Assembly (NCBI GenBank): GCA_964106915.2
Contig: OZ066916.1
Direction: 5' to 3' (one strand)
Origin: Podarcis gaigeae
Lineage: Eukaryota
Length of the DNA: 64,000 bases
The position numbers and the translations under genes were made by a program. The first letter of the stretch is position 1; each line of letters starts with the position of its first letter. Below, in pieces: positions 47,867 through 61,300 of this stretch. Below the pieces are notes generated by a model. That model did no database searches. It saw only the letters and a program-made list of their open reading frames with translations, and was not told where the DNA came from.

Positions 47867-49696
47867 ACCTGGCACTGGGCTGCAAGAATGTACAGTAAAC
47901 TATCACATTTTCAAAATGTCTGAGAGCCAAGTTGCACTGCTTTTCACAGGCTGGGAGTAGTGGCTCCCTCAGATTGTACCCATTATGGAATTAGACTTGA
48001 AATGAAAGTACTAGCATAGTTTGTGTTGTGGATATTCTACTTCCATAGTTTACTTGACATGGTTCAGACTGACCAATGCATTATTTTCATTGATAGTCTG
48101 TAGCAGTTGAAGCTGTGAAATGTGCTAGGGGCAAGCATTTTTGTTGTTGTGAATTCTACTGATGTTAACGTTATCTGATCAATGGTACGCAAAAACTCTT
48201 AACTGGTACTTGAAGCATACAGTATGTGTTAATGAGATGAAAGCAAACTAACAGTGGCTCCAGTTGAGAAAATGTTTGATACACATTGATTTTTAGTGAC
48301 TTTTTTGTGGGCTGATTTATTTTCCATATTGAACAATGTTTTATGACCAACAAATTTGCTAGACCTTTTTTTTTTTAAAGACACAAGAAATAAGCAATTT
48401 TGTAGCAGATTTACAACTCTGGGACATGGGGGGGGGGGCAGAGGTATCTTTGCACCACGGCGCCAGATATGCTTAAGACGGCCCTGAGTGTGGGGCCACC
48501 TAAGCTGGATCAGGACCTTTTAACTAGAACAAGAACAACAACTTTAGCCCTTGTGTGTGTTGGTGTAATGTGAACAGTGGGTCAAATTACTCTTGTCTTG
48601 TGTTGGCACATCTGGATGTTCAGAGATAAGTGAAAAGGTGCCCTGGGTTACTATAGCAACAGAGCCAGGGGTCCAGTGTATGACTTGCTGAGTCATTCAC
48701 CCTCCTGGAGGAATGTAGAGGTGCGTACAATAGTCTCTAGGGCATTGCTTTCATTAGGTGCTGTTTCTGATGTCCATATCTTGTCCATGCCCTGTCCTGT
48801 TGTCAGGGTCTGAATCTGTGAGAGTCAGGGGAAGAGACTGTGGGTTTTACCCAGTGGTGTTAGCTAGCATGGCGATAGGGGGAGTGGATCTGTACAAATG
48901 CATCTTTACATCAAAGACCAGGAGAACTGGATATAGTAGATAACTAATATACACATTTTTTTCTAAGCAACTTCCATAATGTAATACATTTTCGTAAACT
49001 ATATATTACTAATATATGCATTGTTATGCATATTCCCCACTAATATATGAATTTGTGCACACATTGGGTATAAGACTGCACCACAAAATTAAGAGAAGTG
49101 CGAATTTTGAAGGCTCATGATATTTCAGTCTGCATACTGGTTCAAAAGCATGATTTAGGGAGTTTCTCCTTAAAATTCAAAGAATATCAAAATTCTCTCC
49201 TGCCCCTAAAATTCATTTTTTCAGCACACCTACTTTAGGGGCCCTGGCAAGTGGTCCTCTGAGGACTCCTCATAAAGCAATGCACGCCTTGGTCTCAATA
49301 GTTTGCCATGCCTTGTTTATCCAGAATATGCTTTTGGATATGACATCATCTCAAGTTGTCCTATCCCGACATCATTACATTCTGTGCTTACCTGTGGCAG
49401 CTAATAATGTGGAATTGTGGGAAGGGAGGGGAAAACCAGGAGCTATGGTGATGTTAGGACACAGTGCAAATAATTATACAATTTTCAGAGGAGAGAAAAT
49501 TTTATACAAGAATGTTCTCGTGCCCTAGAACAATATTTTGTAGAACACTGTGCCCATACGAACATGTGGGTGATTCATAAATGGAAAGAGAACGAGAGAA
49601 AGAAAACACACAGCTATAGTCTAGTTTGCTTTTTATTGGTGATTCCACCCCCCCACCTTTTCTTTTATGCAGGTCCTAATTTAGGCCACCGACAAA

Positions 49697-49860
49697 NNNN
49701 NNNNNNNNNNNNNNNNNNNNNNNNNNNNNNNNNNNNNNNNNNNNNNNNNNNNNNNNNNNNNNNNNNNNNNNNNNNNNNNNNNNNNNNNNNNNNNNNNNNN
49801 NNNNNNNNNNNNNNNNNNNNNNNNNNNNNNNNNNNNNNNNNNNNNNNNNNNNNNNNNNNN
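49697..49860. other. Assembly gap (164 N)
   Basis: Run of N. Confidence 1.
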
Positions 49861-51400
49861 CCACCACCACTAGCACCGTGGCTAAATCTTTAATAAAATT
49901 CTCTTCCATATTCAGGAGCAAGGTATGAAGTATACAATAAGCAGAGTGAAGTAGAGTGCCATTTATCAAACCACAGCAAGGTCTGTAATCTCCTGCTTTA
50001 TCTTCTTCTTCCACCCCCACCCCCCGGTTGCACTTTATTGTTGCAACGAGCCACATTTACCCAGACATTGGGCACGCAATCTTAAATCAGTACCTGTGTA
50101 CTGTCACTAGGCTGCTGTAATTAGTTTTTGTCTTTTGGGTGGTCCTTAAATTGTTATGTTCTTGTTTGCATGTGGTTGTTGTTGTTTTTTTAAAAAGAGA
50201 GTTTGGGGAGAGGAAAAAGGCAAATGGACATTTGAGGTGCCACCATCATATAGCCTGAGGACGGAAGATTGCACAGGGCGACTGTCCTGAATTTCGTATT
50301 GCTTTTCAGGGCTGCTTTTGGCAAAATGGCAATATTAGATGATGATTCGTTTGGCCCCTGGGTGGCACTACATGGCTGGAGCTGATAACCAGCCAAGGCA
50401 TTCCGTTTCCAAAGGAAGCAAGAATGGAAGAGATTATTCCCCAGAATTGGGGGTGGGGGTGGCGGGAAGCATACCCCAGTACCGATTTCAAGGCTGCTTG
50501 AGTACAGTGATAACAATGATGTCATGATTTTTCCTTTCTTAGTCAGGATGCCTGCAACATTATAGCACTTTGCATCTTGTAAAGATGCCTGGGCAGCTTT
50601 TAAAACCACACTGCTGCTGCTTAGGTACAGATGTAGAGAGTGGGAAGGGTTCTTGCAAGGTAGCAGGTGTATAGTTTGAATATGCATAAAATCAAACAGA
50701 GCTGGAGTATTAGAGCGATTGTATTTAGTACTATTATAACCTTTTCTTCATTATTTGAATAGGAGTTTTATGACAAAACATTTATATTCAGCTTGCCTTT
50801 ATACTTGCCTGAAAGAGAGTAATGACTGATGGAGATAAAAGCGACAATGGTAATGATAACTGCATTTGTTGAAGCTTATGGTATCTGAACAGGCTTGCAC
50901 AAGTATGCTAATCACACTCAGGGCCTTCATCGAAGCCTCATCTGGCTTGCGGATTTTACCTGCCGCAGAATTGTCCAATGGAAGCAGTGGGCATTTTCCT
51001 GGCTCTTAAGAATCTGGTATTTGGTCCCCAGGCCCTCTAGCCAATATGGAAAATGTTACACAGTGAGCAAGCTGAAATCAAGCGAGTCAGAAACTTGCTC
51101 AGTCCAGAATTGTGGAATGCACAGTAGGTGACCTTGAGGAAAGTTTGACGGCGATTTCCTCTTGTAGCTTTTCATTTTAAATAAAACCATACAGACAATA
51201 TGCAGGTTCCCCACTGTGAATAAAAACTGCAGCCATGCAAGAACAAAATAACCATCAACAAGGCAGGAAATGAATGATTGCACATATGCAACCTACGGTT
51301 AATTCTCTGAGCATCCAATACATTTGGGTGGCTTTGGATGCAGCTCATGTGAAGCCAGATCAGATAATCTGAATTTGCCAGTAAATTTGAAAATCTAACC

Positions 51401-51537
51401 CAGGCTTCCTCAAACTCGGCCCTCCAGATGTTTTAAGACTACAGTTCCCATCATCCCTGACCACTGGTCCTGCTAGCTAGGGATCATGGGAGTAGTAGGC
51501 CAAAAACATCTGGGAGGGCCGAGGTTGAAGAAGCCTG
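51401..51537. mobile_element. hAT-type palindromic MITE (family of 16781)
   Basis: CAGGCTTC...GAAGCCTG; TSD ATCTAACC/CTCTAACC (7/8). Confidence 0.9.
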
Positions 51538-51737
51538 CTCTAACCAATCAAAACGTCTTTCCAGAAACATTGCAGCTAGTTTTCTCAGAATGGAGCATTT
51601 CATTATGTAAAAAATGCATATCTTCAACCGGGTATTTATTTCACCAGTTCCTACATGCCTCTAAGATTCCACCTCTCATGAAAATTAGATAATGGCTTCA
51701 AGCTTCCCGTAAGACAGTGCTCAGTGTGCTGGTATAG

Positions 51738-51973
51738 AGGAAGTTGCCTTATAGCAGGTTAGACTATACGGTATTCATTCTGATGTTTTTATTTTATTTA
51801 TTCATTTAGTCCAGTGTTTACTATGACCAGCCGAGATTCTCCAGGATCCTAGGCAGAGAGTTATGTTACACCCCTCTGCTCCCTGATCCTTTTAAGAAAG
51901 TGGAGATGCCAGGGATTTAACTTGGCACATTCTACATGCAAACCATGTGTTCACCACAGAGCCATGGTCCCTC
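51738..51973 (-). mobile_element. Degenerate tRNA-derived SINE (Squam2-like)
   Basis: AGGAAGTTGCCTTATA tail and TGGAGATGCCAGGGATT...CATGCAAA head, reverse of 36250-36760. Confidence 0.65.
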
Positions 51974-53099
51974 GATGGAATGGTCTTGCTGCAGAGGTAC
52001 AAAGAAAGCAGCAGGATGGGCTTTGGCTGCAAATTCAACTTCCTGCCATCTCAACTTGCATTTGTTTAAAATCCGATTTTATTGTGTAACTGAAGTTTCT
52101 AGCTTTGATTGTTATGAATGTATGATTGAAAATATACGGGCAGAGTTGCTGAGTATTATTTATTTTGCCTCTCTCTATGAATACATGGCTTTGCAGAATT
52201 GATCCTACCAAGTAAGAGACATAATGCAGTTCTGCTTATTTTCATAATTTATACACTTAGTAGGATTCAAGCATTTTATTAGAGAATTTTGGTTTCTTTA
52301 GTGTTTCTTGTCGATCAAAGGGACACATCTTCGTGCACCATAAAAAAATAAATAGCTGTCTCCCTAGTGCAAATATGAATATAGTCCCAGCAAGTTTGTT
52401 TGTTCCTATAGTAGCATGCTCAGTTGTTTTTTTTTTTTAAACATAGCCCTCCCTTCCCTTCTGAACTTATCCCTCTTTTGGCTGACTTAACCCAACATTG
52501 ATTATATTTATTTATTTATGTATTTATTACTTATTTATTAGATTTATTAATCTTGCCCTCCCTCCTCCCAAGAATGCCCAGGGCAGAAAACAATGAAATG
52601 GCAAAAATCCCACCCCAGCACAATCTAAAAACCCCACTCAAATTTAAAACCAACAGTGTGCCAACAGAGATCATCGTACACATGCAGTTGCCCACAGCCA
52701 CCCTTCTGTGTATGAGGCTGAGAAGAATGAGGAAAATATTTTTCCAATCGTCTTTCGAACAAAGCAACGAACAGTGTTACTGATTTTCCTGTACAAATTG
52801 GAATGGGTTGAATTATCTGCTAAGGGCAGCCACACATTCTATCTATTCCTAGAAGTTGTGTTCCATTTTCAGATGCCAACTGCCTCCCAAGGAGCGCTGC
52901 CCAGCAGTTTGAGAACCATTACCTTACAATGCAATTTGCAGTCCTCTTCTCTATAGGACACATACCTGACTGAATTTGAATTGTAAATTAGAACTGATTC
53001 AGTGTCCTCAAACGGTTAAGGTTTCTGGTCACGTGCTTTACGATTGATCAAATTGTGAGTGCGTGCATACATTTTTATGCTGGAAAAATGGCTTTGTTT

Positions 53100-53490
53100 G
53101 TTTGTTTATTTATGGCATTTTATATGCAGCCCAATTAACTATGCCTTCTGGGTTGTTTTATTTGTGGGCAATAAAATTCAAACATAATCAAAGCTAAAAA
53201 CCATCAAAATAGTCAGCACAGAACACTACACTAGCACACAGAAAAGAACATAGAATGAGAATAAAACCATCACAAGGCAGTGTAAGATCATCAAACATTT
53301 TTTAAAAGTAATAAAAGCCAACAAAAGGAGAAAGTAAGATAGTTCGCTGAATTTAAAAAAGTAATGTGTGGAGGGATCTAAAATGAAAAAAGGCTTCACT
53401 TGGTGCCACAAAAATCCTAATGCTGGAGCCAAGTGAGCTTTTCTGGGAAGGACATTCCATAACCAGTGTGCCACCACAAAGAAGGCCCTT
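53100..53490 (-). mobile_element. Degenerate L2 LINE 3' end
   Basis: Translation RAFFVVAHWLWNVLPRKAHLAP resembles L2 RAFSVVAP.LWN.LP. Confidence 0.65.
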
Positions 53491-53513
53491 TGTGAAGGGA
53501 TTCAATCTGCATG

Positions 53514-53577
53514 TTCCTGAATTGCAGGGGGTTGCACCGGATGATTCTCAGGGTCCCTTCCAACTCTGATTCTATGA
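53514..53577 (+). mobile_element. CR1 3' tail
   Basis: GGTCCCTTCCAACTCTGATTCTATGA. Confidence 0.75.
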
Positions 53578-56500
53578 CAGCAGACTTATATTTCTACATA
53601 AGAAATCATATTGCATACTTGCATATCACTATTATCAGAATGAGAAGCTTCTCGGTTAAACCAAGAACATCTACTTAGAAGTTATAACCACCAAGTTCAG
53701 TGGAATTGTAGCCGTATAGACAGACTTATTTGCACGCAGTTCTGTGATTTAATATATCAGAGGAAATAATTTCCCACATATCCCACATACCTCTTCTCCG
53801 CCCAGGTATTCAGTGTGTGGGTCTACAAGACGAAGACAATCCAATGCATGTTTCTTCATAAGCAAACTCCATTGAGTTCAGTGGGACTCAGTCCTGGGTA
53901 AGCGGGGTCTGTAGGACTGCAGCCCTAATTTGTAAGAAATCCATGTTTGTGTCAAATGTATAGTAGACTTGTGACAAATGTATTACTGATAAAGGATATA
54001 TTTAAAAAAAATTATTTACAGTTCATTTTCCATGCTTACTTTCTTCAGCCTTTTTTAGCAATAGTGTCTGGTTATCTTGCATGCTGTTACTTTTTATTTT
54101 TAGCCATTTTAATGTCTTAGGAATACACACACACAGGGTCGGGTCAGGGGGTGCAGTTTTACTAAATACAGAAATGTAACATTAGGGGAAAATAGTCCAT
54201 ATATCTAATTCTGGCTGTGCAGCTAATGCAAGTATATGCATATTTTACTCAACAGTTTCCAAAAGCTCAAACTATAATATAAGCAAATTATCTATAGAAC
54301 TGTTTGTAGTATACATCTCGATAGCTATGTTACGTTTTAGTGCTTTCCTGGGTTATCACTTTGGTTTTCAAAGTGCTTAAAAATACATAGGGGTTGTTGT
54401 TGTTTTTGCAAAAAGCAATGCATATGACAAGGAGTCAGGGGGAAAGAACATTGCTCTCTGCTTCTAGCATTTTATAGAAATAACAGATGCAAAGATAAGT
54501 CATTTTCTACTAAATGTCTTCCTAATTCTTTTTTGGCAAGTCCCTCCCCACTTTTCCCCAGTCCCATTACCTGTCATTGAATATATCTCTCCTTACAGGG
54601 GCTGAAAAGAAGTGCAGCAACATTTAATGTAAATTTTAAAAAATGTGCATGGACTACTTAGGAATATGCACAGTGAATATTAAACAAACACCTGAACTTC
54701 CTGGTGCTGTTGCCTAGAACCAGCACTTTGTTATCTCCTACGTGCAATGACTTCAAATTCCTTATTAGTCTCTGGTCTCTCCCTCTATACAGCTTCTGCA
54801 TGATGTATGTGAGAAGGACTTCCAGCAGAGATACTTATCACACATCCACCTAAAAGTTGATGGTGGGTTTTTCTTCAGTTCATGCATCCAACATACTGCA
54901 TACAGATAGCAAGATTTCTGAGTTAAACATTGAATTGAACCATCTTATGTCTTGCTTTCAAGCTGGTTTCTGACCCATCTTAGTCAAAACTGATACACAG
55001 GGACAGCACTCCATGGACTTAGCACTATGGATCAGAGCAGAGATGGTCAGTCTCTAGGGTTGCCATTTTTGGTTACCCAAAATATGGGACAGGTTGGGGG
55101 GAATTGGGGAGCACACACACCAACAGTAATAGGGAAGAGATTTGTTTTGCAGATGCGGAAATGTCTGTTCCCAAAATGAGATAGGGGAAACTTATTGCTG
55201 TTTAGAACCACAGTTCAGAATTCTCAAGTTCTTGAGACAAATTGTTTTGGGCTTGGTTAGAGCACACAGATCACCATTTGGCCATCGCTGCATTAAATCA
55301 TTTTCTTTTGTATTGCAGCTGCACAAGAAACTCTGAAGAGCTGACTTTTTAAAGGATGTTCTTAAGAAATAGAAGGAAATATGTTTGTATTCTTTTTTTA
55401 TTTATTCCTCACAATCAGAGCCTAGGCTGACTAACAACATCAACCAAATATATAGCTCAAAAATCATACAAATATACAGGTTCATAAACAATTAAAATGG
55501 GAACCAATTCAGATAAACTTTCTAACAGCAGCAGCAAAAAAAAATACTGTTTCAGCAGCAGTGTGTCATTAACCATCCAAAATGTGGTGAATGATGTTTT
55601 TAAAATGTGGCACCTGAACACATTTAATGTGGGGGCAATATAGCCCCTGTTAGAAGTGAGTGCCATAATCAGGGATAGTTCAAAATATTTTCAGTGCTCT
55701 GGAAATGTTTAAGCTGAGATGCAACTTCAAATAAGTAACTGAAGGAAAAATGTATGTACAGCCTTCCAATCAGCAAGAATAGTTCAAGCATGTGTATCTA
55801 TAAGAGTAAATAAAAGCAGCTAACTAAAGGAGCAGGAGCTTCTTTCAATGAAAGGGGCAAAGAGGAAATTGCTAAATAAAGAACAAGTTTCAGGCAGGAG
55901 TATCAAAAGTATGAAGCAAGTGGGGGAGGGGAGACCAAATGACAACAGGAGAACTGAAATGCAATGGTTTTCTAATAATGACTAGATTTATTTTTAAGAA
56001 AGAACTGAAGAAACAAAGTATGACTACTAAGAAAGAACTGAAGAAACAAAGTATGACTACTATGAATAAAGCACCTAATGTCCTGAACCTCAGCATACCT
56101 GGAAGTAAGTCCCAATAGTGCACGCAGTCCCAAGGGCAACACTAGAGAACAGTCAGACAGTCCAAATGGTCAAATACAGGTCCAGGCCCAATGCAACAAG
56201 CAAGGTCTAAAGGCAACCTGTAATGTCAGGTTCCCTCCTCTGCAGAAGATCAAGGGTTTGAGCACCTGGGGTCAGCCTGAAGTCACAGTCCACTGGAGTT
56301 CCCAAAGCAGCCAAGCCGTGAGCCATCAACAGAGTAAGTTCAGCAGAACAGTGTCTCTCCCTTGCTTCCCTTTCATCCTTCCCAACTGATGCACCTGAAT
56401 TTGCTCCAGCTGAGCTGCTGTGCCTCTCCACTTGGTGAAGCATGTGATTCTCACCTGCCCTGAGCTTAATCCAGCTGAGGGGCGCAAACCTCTTCCCAGA

Positions 56501-56984
56501 CCTAACAAGCCTCATGATCTCCACCTGGTCAACTGGGGAGCTGGGATGTGTTCCCTTGCCTGCCTGCTGGAATGCACTTGCTGTTTCCAACACCTTGGAG
56601 CCCAGTGTGTCCATGGAGACAGGGGCACCTCTGGTTCTGGTGACATGTGCCCATTTCCTGGCTCCTGTGAACTGCCAGCTGCCACTTCAACATCCTCCAA
56701 AGTCTTGTGAGTCCCTCCTAAGTCCCCAACCTTCCCTTCCCTTCAGTTTGTCCCAGGAAGTAAAAATTGTGGCTACATCCCTCACTGGGATCCTCTTGTC
56801 CTTCCTCTTTATCCTACCAGCTTATGCTAAAAGAATAATTGATAAATAGGAATGTGAAGGGCTGAAATAACTGTGTCCAAAATTGAAGGAGAGCTTCAGC
56901 AGTTTGGAAAGTATACAGCTAGAAAAGGCTATCGTGGAGCTGGAAATGGAAATTGCTACCGCACTCAGGTCCTGTTTGTGAGTC

Positions 56985-57065
56985 TCTCATAGGCATCAGA
57001 TTGTCCAGGATGCTGGACCAGATGGGCTGTTGGTCTGATCCAGCAAGGCTCTTAATATGTTCTTA
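56985..57065 (+). mobile_element. CR1-type 3' tail (second subfamily)
   Basis: ATGCTGGACCAGATGGG..GGTCTGATCCAGCAAGGCTCTT..TATGTTCTTA. Confidence 0.65.
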
Positions 57066-58571
57066 CATTTCACTTTACCTAGTTCTGGAAAGATAGCAGA
57101 GTGGGTGTTTTGCCAGCCTCTCTGGCAAGAGCATTCCACAGCCAGAGCACCACCACTGAAAAGGCTGAAGCCGCACAAAGTAGCTCAGATGATGGGGGAG
57201 CCTGGGAAAAGGGTTGCTGCTGTTCTCAGAGTGCAAGGAGGCATACCTGGAAACAGGCTAGGTATTAGACAGAAAGCATCCAAAGCAGGTTCCCATATGC
57301 TTGCAAGGGTAGCAGTTGCAAACATCTCTAGAGTGGAAAGGGAAGTATGAGGTTGAGAATAAAATGGCGCAGGATCGGTACGAGAAAGAAAGCAAGACAA
57401 AGAGGAAAACGTAACAAAAGCGACAGAGATGTATTGGTCGGAAAGAAAGGAGAACCAGGAAATGTTGCCCTGGACAGCATTTTAATTATTTTTCCTCACA
57501 TGCATGCAAAATGCAAGCCTGCACATGATGGGATCCTCATTGTATGAAATATTTAGGAACTGAACTAAATAGGTAAGCAGGGAATTAATGCAAATAAGTC
57601 CTACTTTTTTAAAAAAATAAACTGCCATAGTTCTGGACACATGAAAACATTTAAAAGACATTGCGAACTTTTAAAAGAAGTAGTTATGTAGCCCTGCTTC
57701 TTCGTAGTAATTAGAGCACTGGCTTTCCTCTAAAACCTGTCTTTCCCCTGTTCTGCATAACTCTGACATGGCTGGCATGCCTCCTCTAATCACAGCAGGG
57801 GGCCACTGTGTATTTTGTGGTTATGAACTAGTTTCATATTGACAATACGGAATCTGTTGGAACTCATCTGCATATGTGTGCCAGTCAGTAATCACTTCTG
57901 GGGCAGTTCATTCTTGGGCATTGTGTCAGCAATACATCTCTTTACCCCACCCCCCACCCCCCAAAAAATAAGGCAATAAAACTATAGATAGTGCTTTTTG
58001 TCTTTTTAAAAAATATACATCAAGACAGAACTTCAAAAATCAACAGCTGGCATCAACAAACTGCATAATTCAAAATTACATGTCTTACATATCGCTTCAT
58101 GCCTTTCACAAAAGCAAAGGTGACTCTGTTCTTGAAAACTTATAACTGACCTCTGACTAATGTAATACAGGTCTTCACTCATAATAGACAGCATAAATTA
58201 CCACTTTAAATTGTCACTTTGACCTTTCCTGGAATAAGGCTAGTTGCTTGTGATAGATAACTTGGGATAAGAATTGTAATGCACTTTGTATACAAAAAAA
58301 GTGCAATAGAAATTATAATCAGAAATGGAAAATACTTTTAGTTCTGGGTGTTATGTTCCATAAACATTGCCCTTTTCTCATTTGAAATATGATCACTTCA
58401 CCATTAGGCATGCTGCCTTCTGCTCCCATTACAAAGCAAGGTGAAGCTTTATTCTGCACTATTTTTTCTTACATGAAAGAGAGCCACAAATGTAGCTGTT
58501 TGCCGAAAAGAGAGAGTTAGAGTTCATAAATAAAACAAACGCTAAAGGAAACAAGGCATAATTCCTTAGGA

Positions 58572-59296
58572 CAGGGTGGTCCAACATGCAGGGTCCACAT
58601 GCGGCCCTCGATGCCATTTTTTGTGGCCCTCATTCAGGACTTCTTAAAGCAGCTCGAGTAGCTGGCTTTTGTTGCTGTTGCTGTGAGGCATGTGTGAAAA
58701 CAAATGGCAAAGGCACTTGTGTCTCCTTCTGCCCCTTCGAGGCCAAGAGGGCCAGCCCATCTCCTGCTCTCTAACCTCACATGGGGCCACTCTCTGTATA
58801 TACATAAGCACCAACAAAATAATCATAGCTATAATAATGTATTAATGCGAGAGAGGTATTTCTTCCACACTGGTATCAGACAACTGGATATCTCCACATA
58901 TATATTTTAGGCTGCAGCCCTGTACAGTATTCATTTACCTGGGAGTAAGTCTCGGTGAACTTAACAGCATTTGCTTATGAGTAGGCACACATAAGGCTTG
59001 CTCGGCATTTTGACCTGAGCAGGGTTTAATCCTAGGTCAGCACTTGCGGAGTTGCGATCCAGTTCTACGGATTGCAGTCTAACAACCTGATTCAGTACAT
59101 ACTTACTCAGGAGTAGATCTCATGTTTAAGAGTGCTTAGCCTTAAATATATGAAATACATATATTAAATATACTATACTATGAACACTTTTTACTATGAA
59201 CAGTTTGTGTTGAAATATTCAACACAAAATTGAATATTTGTTTCAATGGGTTTTGTGTTGAAATATTCTTGTGGTCCAAGAGGTTGGACCTCCCTG
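58572..59296. mobile_element. hAT non-autonomous element (725 bp)
   Basis: TIRs CAGGGTGGTCCAAC / GTTGGACCTCCCTG (13/14); TSD CCTTAGGA/ACTTAGGA (7/8). Confidence 0.8.
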
Positions 59297-59309
59297 ACTT
59301 AGGAGATGC

Positions 59310-59524
59310 CCATAGTCATTCAGCCAAGGGCCAAATTAGATGTGGTGTTAAACCCTGATATCTCTTCAGCTTCCAACATCTCCTCCTCTCAGTCTTCTCT
59401 TTCTTCTCCTGCTGATCACTTATTGCTACCCCACCACCAGTCCTTGGGCTCTGAGCCTTCTTCTCTTGGGGGTACACCAACTGGTGCCTCCCACCATTCT
59501 TCTTTATCCAACCAGTACATGACA
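59310..59524 (-). mobile_element. LTR 5' fragment (Gypsy-like, lizard type)
   Basis: Minus strand begins TGTCATGTACTGGTTGGA...TGGTGGGAGGCACCAG, resembling recalled squamate LTR starts. Confidence 0.45.
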
Positions 59525-60972
59525 CCAAGAAGCAGAGCTTTTTTTCCAGTTCCGGCACCTCTCAGGTGAGTGCCATTGCCATTATAAGAGAACAAGGGAG
59601 GTATTCATGGTGAGTTCCATCAATTCTTTTTCTAGAAAAATAGTACTTCCGAGGAGTATATGAAGTACACCCGTAAAATAGTTCTGCACCCACATTTTCA
59701 TAAATCCAGAATTTTTCATAGCACCCAGTGTCAGCTGTATCTCATTGCACAGACCCCTTTCTGTTTTACTTGACTGTACTTCCCAATGAACTGGCTTTCT
59801 TACTGGACATGCCAGCATCATTGATTCTTATTGCTCCTGAGTTCTTTGTCCTTGAATTTGAAAAAAAACACCCACAAACAGAAATGGGATCCAGTTGCAG
59901 ATTCTTTGCATTGTGCCTGAAATGTGTCATCATTGTGTTTTTGCTGGACTGCTGTCTCCCTTACTTGGTTCCTGCTGCACACTATTTGGTAAATGCAAGG
60001 CACTTCTCTAAGGAGTTCAAACAATACAATGTGAGTGAAGCAGATAAGGCGGCTACATAATTGTTAGTGATAATGATTATCCATTTATATGTTATCGCAG
60101 TTTCTCCTAATAGAAAAATGAAACATGTAAAACATAATGAGGACTCCCTAATATTAGGGCAAATACTAAGCATTAATTGATAACTAATTCACATTTGTGC
60201 TTGAAACATAAAGCAAACTAAGTTGAACTCAAGTACGGGATCTGCTATGTACGTGTGCCTTAAGAAAAGTTCTTTTGTACACATAAAATAACTCAAGTGA
60301 CTTGATCTTCTCTCAAATTTTTCAAAGCAGTTTAAGTCTACACTTATGATAAAAATAAAAGCAGTCTATGAATACCAACAAAAGAACTCCTAGTAATGAA
60401 TGCAATCAAAAATGATGTTGGAAATCAAACCAAGAACATTATGAAAAAATTCAAAAACTTTTAGCAATTCGCAATTATAACAGTAATTGCTATTTTAAAA
60501 TGTTTTGCTTATTCTAAAAGAAAACCTGTGCTATTAGCTGAAATTCTAGGCATTTTAAATCACACACAATCTTTTTACAGCTGATGAAGACTAAATATAC
60601 AGGCAATCAAAACAACCTATTATCTACATATTTTAGTTGATTTTAAAAAGGTACCTTTTAGAACTTAAATTTTTTTTTACTATGTAATCTCACCTAATTA
60701 AAATATATTTTAACACAGCAAAAACATTATGATTGTTTTTTTCCAGAGGGGTGATGGTTCTTAATATATGAAGTTTTATAGGAACTGAAAACTCCTGTTC
60801 CTATATATTTTTTCCCTTCATTTTTATGGACATTAATTTAAACTTTTTGGATTGCTTTCTGGCTTGCCCAAAAGGGGGGGAAAGGCATTCATTTTAAATG
60901 TTACTATCTATAGTTATAGGGTTCAGATCTAGTATTTACGAGATTGCTATTTTGTTTTCTTCTGTACTTCAG

Positions 60973-61300
60973 ATTCCCTGTGAACTTGAATATGCTACTG
61001 AAGATGCAATGCTCAATCACTCTTCTCTGGATTAATCCACTGAAGTCAATGATGCGAATATGTGGCTTGTAGGTGTCAGCCTTTGCCTCTCTGTATCTCA
61101 CTTCTCCATCAGCATGAATATAATTTTGTGGTAATAGCTTTGAGCCAAAAACTTCACTCAAAATGCTTGACAGGCACAGCAAGTTCCTGGACATAAGATT
61201 CCAAACTCCGACATCTTTGTCTTCAGTTGAATGCAATTTCATTCCCCAAATATATATATCTATATATAAAGGGAATAAATAATTGGCTAAATTTTGCTAT
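60973..61300 (+). other. Candidate terminal exon of an unidentified gene
   Basis: Polypyrimidine acceptor TTTTGTTTTCTTCTGTACTTCAG, short open frames to a stop (61035 or 61072), AATAAA at 61274, higher GC than the AT-rich flanks. Confidence 0.3.

Noticed and set aside
50190-50687. 165-aa minus-strand ORF
   Set aside because: No recognisable domain, includes low-complexity runs, and no convincing splice context.
56120-56790. Possible degenerate LTR
   Set aside because: Composition is suggestive but termini and TSD could not be defined.
57791-57808. CTCF-like CAGCAGGGGGC
   Set aside because: Flanking positions deviate from consensus and a single hit in 64 kb is plausible by chance.
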